Part shown: positions 1-9,361 of the stretch, one piece after another | How the letters are laid out: every line of letters starts with the position of its first letter | Numbering within the stretch: position 1 is the first letter of the stretch | DNA from: the human T2T-CHM13v2.0 reference genome, Homo sapiens | DNA: 64,000 bases | Assembly: GCF_009914755.1 (NCBI RefSeq) | Contig: NC_060925.1 | Direction: 5' to 3' (one strand) | Program-made: the position numbers and the translations under genes | The notes under the pieces: model-generated | What the model was told of the DNA's origin: nothing | What the model saw: only the letters and a program-made list of their open reading frames with translations | The model's database searches: none

Positions 1-247
1 GCAGATCTGGTGTCTAGTGAGGGTTTTGTGGTTCATAGACAGTACCTTCTAGCTATGACCTCACATGGAAGAAGGGGCTATCTAGCTCTCTGGAGTTTCT
101 TTCATAAAGCCGCTAATCCATTAATGAGGGCTCTGCCCTCATGACTTAATCACCCCTCAAAGGTTCCCATCTCCTAATACCATCACCTTAGGGGGTAGGA
201 TTTTAACATATGAATTTTTGAGGGACACAGGTATTTAGATACAATAT
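1..247 (-). mobile_element. MaLR LTR fragment (MLT1A-like)
   Basis: Reverse complement of the MLT1A 5' part (atctcctaataccatcacctta...aacatatgaattt...ggacaca). Confidence 0.75.
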
Positions 248-639
248 CAATCATTCTTAATCTTTTTGAGATTACAAACTCCTTTGAGAAACCAATAAAA
301 CTATTCAATCTTTTCTCCAGAAAAATGCACAAATACACACTTTTGCACCCAAATTTGGGAGGGTCACAGCTCCCTTAAAATGCTTTTGTGAACTTCATAT
401 GACAGACAGTGGCTCTTTGAAGGGAAAAATGGGGTTTATATGAATCTGTGTTTCATATGCCTCCTGTCCAATTCAGATTTGTCCTTGTTGAGGAGTCATG
501 TCACTTTTTATCCTCCACTCCTTGCCCCATGTTAGGAATCACCATTGTCACTAATACGTGCAACACACTTAGAGTGCAACACACTCAGAGTAAGCGCTGG
601 CCACTTCGGGAAGCCGAAGACTCCTCCAAGGTAGGTGAC

Positions 640-750
640 ATTATCACCATTTTACAAATGAGAAAACTGAGGTCTGTAAAAGTGAAATAGCTTGCCCAGG
701 TCACGTGACTAATAACAAGCAGGGCCTGGATTTGACCCTGACCCTTTAAC
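640..750 (-). mobile_element. MIR SINE
   Basis: Core ccattttacaaatgagaaaactgagg...cttgcccaggtcac. Confidence 0.8.
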
Positions 751-758
751 TTCCACGG

Positions 759-980
759 CAGGGTTTCTCAGTCTTGGCACTGTTGCCATTTTGACCTGGA
801 TAATTCTTTATTGTGAGGGTGCTGTCCTGTGTGGACATTGTGAGATGCTCAGCAACTTCTTTGGCTACTACCCATTAGATGCCAATAGCACTCCTCACCC
901 AAATTTTGAAAACAAAAAATGTCTCTAGAAATTGCCAAATGTATGCTTGGGGAAAAATCACCTCCATTTGAGAACCACTG
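759..980 (+). mobile_element. MER20 (hAT-Charlie DNA transposon)
   Basis: TIRs cagggtttctca...tgagaaccactg and internal match (tagatgccaatagcac, attgccaaatgt). Confidence 0.85.
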
Positions 981-2000
981 CTGTATAGTGTAGTCCCCTG
1001 ATATCACTACCATAGTGAGCTGCTGCTGCTGGAGTGAAGCTATCGAACCTCTGAAGTCTGGTAGGGCAGGAGAAGGCTGAAAACCATCATTACAAGGTTT
1101 CATATATCTCAGGCAAAGAATTTCAGGATGAAATACACTATGTTATTGCAGCTTCAAGATTCTATAAATTCATAATTTCAAAAAGCTCTACCACTATGGT
1201 TTCTTGTGATGGTGAATGCTCACGTGCAGCTGAATTACTCTCAAATCTGGCTATAAAACAGCATAAAGATGTTGTTCTTTTGGAAAATATAGAGTTGAAA
1301 GAGGCCCATATCAACATAATTCTCAGTTGTGTAATATCTGAGAGACCAAGATCTGAAGAAATACAGCTGGGGTTGGAAATGGGATTTTAGACAGTCTCAG
1401 TGTTGTGCTCAGTGAGGTTGCTCTGTGGCTTGGCTAACAGCACAGAGGGGAGAAAGGCAACAGGAAATGAGCACTTTTTCACTGTTGCTACATACCCTTC
1501 GGTTTCGCAAAGTATGAGAGACAGCTGCTACATCATGTTTTGGTGGATCATGAAATTCAGTACCAGGAAAGTCCACACTGGATCCTGTCAGGATCAGGTG
1601 TGGGGTTCTGTGATGTGTTTTCAACAAACACTCTGTTTAAAAATAATCTGGTAGCATAAACCAGGAGGATGTGGTTACATGAAGGTTTTAAAGTATTTTA
1701 GAAAAATAAATACAATGCTCTGCGGCATGATCTACTAATGTGAGTTGTGTCTCTTGAGAAAGATAATTGAGGTTGAAATCTTGATCCCACATATAAAGGT
1801 TCCCAAGGGACATATTCAGTCAGCACATGATTAAATATTTACAACATGTCATGTACTCTAATCAAAAAGAGAGTCTAGGCCCCTTACCCTTGACTAGCTT
1901 ACCGCTTGGAGAGGGGATACTCAATGCCGGAGAAGTCAGACCACGGCAGTGATACACTCAGGGGCTTTGGGGGCACACAGGCTAGGCAATCTGGTCATCA

Positions 2001-2438
2001 ACTTTAGTTTATTTTCTGTTGTTCCTAACAACAGAATACCTAAAACTGGATAATGTATAAAGAAAAGACATTTATTTCTTACAGTTATGGAGACAAAGTC
2101 CAAAGTCAAGGAGGGGCTACATCTGGCAAGGGCCTTCTGCCGGTGGGGACGCTCGGCAGAGTCCTAAGGTGGTGCAGGCCATCACGTGGTGAAGGGGTTG
2201 AGTATGTTAGCTTAGGTCTGTCTTCCTCTTCTTATAAAGCCACTGATCCCCGCTCCCATGATAACTCATTCATCCATTAACCCATTAATCCATGAATCCA
2301 CGAATGGACTAATTCATTAACGAGGGCAGAGCCTTCATAACCCAATCACCTCTTAAAGGCCGCACCTCTCAATATTGCTGCATTGGGGATTAAGCTTCAA
2401 CATGAGTTTTGGAGAGGACAAATGTTCAAACCATAGCA
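2001..2438 (-). mobile_element. MST-family MaLR solo LTR (MSTC/D-like)
   Basis: Ends in ttcaaaccatagca and has typical MST body motifs. Confidence 0.8.
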
Positions 2439-3284
2439 CTGGGATCAAGAAAGACTCCTTTTGTAGGTGAAGTCTAAGCTCAGGCGTGGAAGATGAGTAG
2501 GACCTAGCTGGGCAAAAGTGGGAGCACATGTGTAGGGGCAGAGAGGCAGCCAAGGGGCGAGCAATGCTGTCAACAAAGATGCTTGGATGGGAAAGAGGAG
2601 AGGCTGGGGCACACTCAGGGATGGCAAGTGGCTGCAGCAGAGTGACAGGAGGGAGCAATGGGGCAGAGAGGTCATGTGGGAACGTATGCAGGGCTGTTTC
2701 AAGGCTTCTGCAGACCTGGATGCTTTTGGAGACTCCATTATACAATATATTAAACATATTAAAATGCACCCCAATTCCACATAAGTAATTTATACACAAT
2801 GATGACTTTAATTGCAGGTGACTATTTAATAACATATTACCTTTTTAAAAGTTTTCCTTTTGTATTTCAGAGCCAGTAATTTTTTTCCAGATAGCAGTCA
2901 TTTTAAAGGGGTCTTGCAAAGCTGGTAGGCTCTAGGCACTGTGCTTAAAACAAATGATAAAATGGACTTGGCTTTTGTGTCATAAGCCTGCAAATTGCAT
3001 CCCTCTGCCCCAGTATCCAGTCTCATTTTCCCTGCTCTCTGGAGTTTTAGCGGGGCATGTGGCCTTTTGGCTGGACAATCCATTCCTAGTTTCTTTTGCA
3101 GCAAGGAGCAGCCATGAGACCAAAGTTTTGGCTGTGGAGATGTGTGCAGAAGTGATGTTTGAGATTTTCAGGTCACATTCGTAAAAAGGAAGCTGGCTGC
3201 CCTCCCTTCGCCTTTCTCCTTTCCTGTGGGCTGGAATGTGGGTGTAGTAGTGGTGAAATAACTTCAGCCGTGTAGACAGGGGAA

Positions 3285-3442
3285 ACCTCAGTGTGCATCA
3301 AAGTCACCTGGAGAGCTTGTTAAAACACCGATCTCTGGATACCATCTCCAGAATTTCCGATTCAGGGGGTGGGGACCATTTCTAACAAATTCCCAAGTGA
3401 CGCTGCTGCTGATCAGGGACCACACTTTGAATACTAGTGCCC
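3285..3442. mobile_element. MER5A DNA transposon, inserted in an old MLT1-type LTR (~2980-3620)
   Basis: gcatcaaagtcacctggagagcttgttaaaaca...ttctaacaaattccca...ggaccacactttga. Confidence 0.75.
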
Positions 3443-3657
3443 TAGGGGATGATGGAGTGGCAACAGAGGAGACACCTGGGTTTCTAGATTATCTTGTAGA
3501 GTAGATCTGCTTTCTACACAGACTGCTCAGTTACCCCCATGGCAGATAAATAAACTGTTATTTATTTTTTTGAACCACTGTAGTTTTGGATCAGTTTGTT
3601 ACAGCAGCGTAATCTATAGCAGCTAAGTCATGTTCAGGAAATTGAACTTTACCAAGG

Positions 3658-3795
3658 GAGGCAGTATTGTATAGTGGATGTATATGGGGCCAAATAGCAT
3701 GCATTTGAATCCCAGTTCTGCTACTTCTGAGCTGTGTGATCTTAGGCATGTTATTTAACCTTGTTGTGACTCAGTTTTCTCATCTATTGAATAGA
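3658..3795 (+). mobile_element. MIR SINE
   Basis: tttgaatcccagttctgctactt...tgtgtgatcttaggcatgttatttaacc...ctcagttttctcatct. Confidence 0.8.
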
Positions 3796-4175
3796 TCCTG
3801 AGGGACAAGTTCACCTAGAGCTCATTCCCTTTCTAGACTATATCCAGTAGCAGGGCCTAGAATTCCCTGCCCAGTAGCCATGAGCAGGTTCCAAAGTCTG
3901 CATGGACCTTTCTGGCTTTGTCCTGATGGCTGACTATACCTACCAGGTACCCTTGGTCTGAGATGTTGCCAAGGGGTGGCTGTGGGACGGTGGTGTGGGT
4001 AGAACTCAGTTGGGCAGGCTAGAGTGTTCTACATTAGACATGAGGCCTCTCTGGCGTGTGATGACAGAGCAGAGGGTGGGGAGAGATGGGGGTGAATTGC
4101 AGACCAGTGGCACACTCTCCAAAGAAGTCACATTCAGGTAGCACAGAACAACCCATGAGTGTGATGAGAATTCTA

Positions 4176-4461
4176 TTTTTTTTTTTAAGACACAGGGTCA
4201 CATTACGTAGCCCAGGCTGGAGTGCAGTAGTGCAATCATAGCTCACTGCAGCCTTGAACACCTGGGTTCAAGCAATCCTCCCAAGTAGCTGGGACTAAAG
4301 GTGCATACCACCACAATGGCTAAGTTTTAATTTTTGTAGAGACGAGGGTCTGGCTATGTTGCCCAGTTTGAGGCTTGCCTCAAACTTCTGGCCTCAAACA
4401 ATCTGCCCAGCTCTGCCTTGCAAATTGCTGGGATTATAGGTGTGAGCTATTGTGTCTGGTC
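4176..4461 (-). mobile_element. Alu (old, AluJ-like)
   Basis: Poly-T followed by reverse Alu body. TSD agaattcta on both sides. Confidence 0.9.
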
Positions 4462-4929
4462 AGAATTCTAAATTTGAGTCTGGCTCTCCAGTTGTCATGA
4501 AAGTATATTTGTTAAGTTAGGAGAATAGAACATATTTAATAGTTTGATAGCTGGATTTATGATTTTAAAATATTTAGACATTGGCAGGCAAACTTCCTTT
4601 TGAACACCTGCTCTGCCCTGCAAATTTAGGTGGGGGGGATGGGGGGGACTGGGTACCTTGTCACCCTGGCATGAGGAATAAATGTAACAACAGATAAAAA
4701 ATACTCAAAGCATGGCTTGGCACATATGGTATGTACTCGACGGCATTGAAAATAATGATGTTTATGATTCTCCTGAAATCTTAAAAAGGAAGCTGGCTGC
4801 CCTCCCTTCATCTTTCTCCATCTCTGTGGGCTGGAATGTGGATGTGGATGTAGCAGTGGTGAAATAACTCCTGGGGGGAATTTTATCTTAACCTTGACAC
4901 TAAGAAAGGACAAGATGGCACAAGAAAAA

Positions 4930-5235
4930 TAAACCAAGTGGGCTTTACTTATGATGCAAAACTCTTAAATAAAATACTACCAAATAGAATCCTACAGTCT
5001 ATCTTTAAAAGGATAATATATTGTAACCAAATAGGGTTTATCAGAGGAATGCAAAGATGATTCAACTTTTAAAAATATATCAAATGTAACCTACTACATC
5101 AACAGCTAAAAAAAAATTCACTTCATATAAAAGTCATACTAGAAATAGATAGAAATGTCTCTAACTTATAAACAATATATCAGAAAACTATAACAAACAC
5201 CATATTTGATAGTGAATTATTAGAAACACTAGGGT
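4930..5235 (+). mobile_element. Old L1 ORF2 fragment
   Basis: gatgcaaaactcttaaataaaatacta...ccaaatagggtttatcagaggaatgcaaagatgattcaac. Confidence 0.7.
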
Positions 5236-7414
5236 AACAATGGGGACTATTAACCAAATCAGTGACCATAGGAGAATGAGTGGGATGAGGAGGGAGAGAG
5301 GCCAGCCGAATGGAGAGTTCCAACACGTCTGCAGCTCTGGAAAGAAGTAAGCTTGGTGGGAAAGAATCTGTGGGTGACCCATAGGCGAGAGTGGAAGGCA
5401 GGAATCAGATGAGATCAATTAGGGAGAGAGAGTAGGGTGAGAAGAGAACCAAGAAGAGAAGCCAGGAACACTATCTTAAAGGAGCCATGACACTGGGGAG
5501 CCAGAGACTGAGTCTGGAAGGGAGCAGACAGAGGAACAGAACCAAAGGGAAACCTGGAGGGAAATGGCACTGAGGAGGAGGGTGTTCTTCACAGAGTCAA
5601 AGTAGAGGGCAAGGATTTAGGAGTCACGATTTGCTACTGAGAGGCTACTGTTAACCTTGGCCAAAGCTGTTTCTGTGGAGCAGGGAGAGCTAAGGGCCAT
5701 GTGGGTGGGTATTCAATGGTAAAATCAGAAGTAGAAGGAGAAAATGAGCACTTCCATCAGGAAGGGGAAGTGAGCTGTGTGTAGGCACCATGAGAAGGAG
5801 GTGAAGTTCCAGGGGAGTTTTATGAGGTTGTGGTGAAATCAGCATTTTTGTAAGTCTGAAGGGGAGCAAGCAGTGGAGAGCAGAGAGACTGACAAGAGAC
5901 AGCAGAAAGCAGATGACTGATGGGGCAAGTTCCTGCTGAAGGTGGGAGGAAAGAGATGCTCATAAAAGTGAATTACTGTTTCACCGTGGAGAAAACATAA
6001 ATGAAATCATTTACACTGCCATTCACTTATTAATTCAGTAAGTATTGATTAAGTTTCTACTATGTCCCAGGCACTGACCTGGTGCTGGAAATAAGATAGA
6101 AAAAATTCCCACCCTATATTATGTAAGTTCATTAACTTAAAACAAAAGGAAAACCAAATCCAGAAACAAACAAAAATTTGGCCCCTGTCAGGCCAGCGCT
6201 AAGGGAGGCATGGTCTTGGAGGAAGTGTGTGTGACTGCCAGGCACTGGAGTCCCTCAGCAGGAATGCTGCTCGTCTCAAAGGCAACACAAAGTGGCAGCT
6301 GGGACCAGGGATCCAGAATTTGAATACCCTCCCACCACATTCTATCAGAGAGTCCTTTAGGACTATGTTAATGTGAGAGAAAAAACTTTACTTCAATGGC
6401 AAGTTTTAACTATGAATGATTAGGAGAGTCTCCTTTCTCCTGAAACACTGCTCTTAGGGACAGAGTGGAAAAGACTCCTGGACATATGGGCCAGAACTAC
6501 AATGCATGTTACAGAGAAGAGGTATACGCCATGTGTCATAACTAGAAAGGAGAAATGCAGGCTTGCTGTGCTTAATGCACTCAAAACCTCAATAAGGACA
6601 AATGGCAATAGGCAAAAAGATGATGACAAATACTCATCTCATTTACATCAGTAAACTTGATATCGAAACCTTCAACCCTCTGAATAGCAAGTCACTGGTT
6701 CTTTTCTTTCACTTCCCCCTCCGGCCCCTGCCCCTGCCCCAACCAATTTCATTCAGATATAGCTTAGCTGGACCAAATCTATCAAGTCATGCTTATCCTT
6801 AATCCTCATCAGAGTTCTTGAAGTCATCAACTAACCATATTGATTTTGAAATAGAAAAAGAAAAGCAGAGAAGCTGTGTTTTGACCTCTCTCCTGAAACA
6901 TTGCTCTTAGGGACATATGACCCAGAACTACAACTGCAATGCATGTTAGATAGAAGAGGTATATGCCATGTGTCATAATTAGAGAGAAGAAATGCTAAAT
7001 TCATGAATAGGGATTCACAGAAAGTTTTAACAGAAAGGGCCTTTGAAGTGACTGACTGTGAACTTATTTGACAAGATGAAAATAATCCATCGCAAGGCTA
7101 CATGATGGATGCTCGGCTTAGTATCTGGGTGTGCTGCAACCCCACCTAACATTTTTTTCTATTATGCCATGTTACCATATTCCCATATTGAGTTACATTT
7201 TCAAATACATGACTTTTCCAGTGAATAATTGAGAGAACTCCTTTTCTGAAAAAATTCCCACATGGAATGGATAAATGAACACTTGCACCAAAGAAGATGC
7301 CAACATCAGACTGCAAATCTCCAAGACAGACAAGACAAAAAGTTCTGAAGTGAAAAGTCATCTTTGTTCACACTGTGGATTATTCAGGTTTCTTGCTTTC
7401 CCCCTGACACACAT

Positions 7415-7950
7415 TTTTTTAAAATTGACTTTATTTTTTTAGAGCAATTTTAGATTCATGGCAAATTTGAGTGAAAGATACAGAGATTTCCCATGTACTC
7501 CCTGCCCCTCGCATACATAGCCTCTCCCATTATCAAAATCCCCCACCAGAGTGGTTCGTCTGTTACAATTGAATGTACGTTGACACATCATTCCCCAAAG
7601 TCCATGGCTTACACTGATGTTTCACATTCTGCCACTTTGGGCAAATTTATAAGTACACAGATCCACTATTATGGTATCATACAGAGTAGTTCCACTGTCC
7701 TAAGAATCTTCCGTGATCATCTATTCATTCCTCCTTTCCCCCTAACTCGGGCAACCACTGGTCTTTTTAACTGTCTCCATAGTTTTGCCTTCTCAAGAAT
7801 GTCATAGTTGGTAGCATACAGTATGTAGTCCTTTCCAGTTGGCTTCTGTCACTTAGTGATACACACTTAAGGTTCCTTCATGTCTTTTCATGGCTGGACA
7901 GCTCATTTCTTTTTAGCACTGAATAATATTCCATTGTCTAGATGTACCAC
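7415..7950 (-). mobile_element. L1M (L1MB/MC) 3' end
   Basis: Reverse L1M 3'UTR motifs (gttttgccttctcaagaatgtcatagttgg; aataatattccattgt). Confidence 0.8.
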
Positions 7951-8485
7951 TGACATCTGCTTTAAATCTTTTGCCCATTTCATTTTTACCCTCTAACCAT
8001 TTCATTACTAAAACACAAAACAAACTCCGGAAAGGAGTTTGTTGATGAGAAAACACTGAAAGTACGATTTAAATTGAGGAATGGAGATTTTCTGTGGATA
8101 ATTGTCTATGTTCCACTTTACCAAAGAAAAATGAATTTCAAGTAGTGCATAAAGTAATTCTCGTTAAAAAATGTGGGAATAAAGAGATCAGTCCTGGGTA
8201 CTGGGAATATATTTATCTCACAGAAAAATCTTGCCCACAAAATGCATCAGACTGAGATGAAATACTCTAGGGTATATTAAATTTTATTCTAATATTGAAG
8301 GGAGGGAAAAAAAGGACGGAAAGAAAAATGAAACAGGATGAAAAATAAGGTGATTGGGAGAGAGAAAAGACAGAGAAACTTGTTAACGACAGGACTTTCT
8401 GAGCAAGATATTTTTCTTCCTTTTACAAGTTGGAAGCTATTGAATAATTCATGCCAAGCGTGGAAAGGCTGTCTTTTCCCTGGGT

Positions 8486-8500
8486 GATGTATAACTAAGC
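8486..8500 (+). promoter_or_regulatory. TATA-like element of the GPR88 promoter
   Basis: gatgTATAActaag at the AT-rich to GC-rich transition, upstream of the putative exon 1. Confidence 0.45.
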
Positions 8501-8519
8501 AGGAGAGAGCTTCGAGTGG

Positions 8520-8883
8520 GTTCACCACATCAGCCACCACTCCTGCTTCTGAGCACAGGGTGCTCTCCTCTTGAGCTCAGCTTCTGATTTTGCAGCCAAG
8601 CATTCTTGCTGCTGCTGCCTGCCTGCCCACCCGCCTGGGCTTGCAGCCCGCCACTTTACTTTCTCCAGCCCTGATACCAGCTGAGAAGTCTCCCTGCAGC
8701 TGCTAGTTCCTGCCCAGGACCATGTGTGTGGATGCTGCTTGGGAGAAGCGGGCACTTGCTCCTGGCACTGATCCCAGCTGAGTTTCTCCTGTTGATTTCT
8801 GGACCACTGATGCTGTTGCTGAGGAGGTATTTCCTGGCATCCCTCCCCCTGAGACACCGGCTAAGGACCAGCCTAAACGCAAG
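8520..8883 (+). other. GPR88: Putative GPR88 exon 1 (5' leader)
   Basis: Consensus donor AAG|GTAACC at 8883/8884 and TATAA at 8490-8494, about 30 nt upstream. The TSS is inferred, not observed. Confidence 0.7.
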
Positions 8884-8968
8884 GTAACCTTCACCTCTTT
8901 CCCATGGGATTTTCCCCAGCTGGGATATCTCTGCTTTCTCCTGGAACTAGGTCCTCCAGCTGGCAACA

Positions 8969-9044
<76 letters not shown>

Positions 9045-9288
9045 GGGGGAGAAGAGGAGACTGTTTTAGGTATTGCTCTGTCCTAGGGCTTCCCCGATAC
9101 CTGCTGAATCCAATGCAAAGTGGCCTTTCCCCTGGCTCTGGAGACATTTCCGAGGCAGGCACCTGTCATCTGCCACCCCCGTCCTCCTCCTCGAGCTCCC
9201 TTTCTCCCCCTCCCCCAGCCCATTATTCTGCTTCAGCCTTTTGTGTCAGTGGCAGAGGGCTGAAGGGATGTCTTTGCCCTTCTGGCAG
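8884..9288 (+). other. GPR88: GPR88 intron 1 (5'UTR intron)
   Basis: GT at 8884 and a pyrimidine tract tctttgcccttctggCAG ending at 9288. A second AG lies at 9291-9292. Confidence 0.65.
8971..9042. repeat. Compound microsatellite (TC)18(TG)18
   Basis: Perfect TC run 8971-9006 abutting a perfect TG run 9007-9042. Confidence 0.97.
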
Positions 9289-9304
9289 GCAGGACAGTGT
9301 CAGG

Positions 9305-9334
9305 ATGGACCGCGCTGCCAGAAGCCGACGCTAG
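9305..9334 (+). promoter_or_regulatory. uORF MDRAARSRR* with strong Kozak context, in frame with GPR88
   Basis: aggATGg (-3 A, +4 G) at 9305 and TAG at 9332-9334. The ATG is 57 nt upstream of the main ATG. Confidence 0.7.
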
Positions 9335-9361
9335 CGAGGGAGGTGTGAAGAGTTGGCCAGA

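Noticed and set aside
4629-4653. G-run cluster as a G-quadruplex
   Set aside because: Isolated, about 4 kb from the TSS among repeats, with no supporting context.
9353-9361. 387-aa GPR88 starting at TTG (MAR extension)
   Set aside because: An ORF-caller artefact from allowing alternative starts. The ATG is at 9362.
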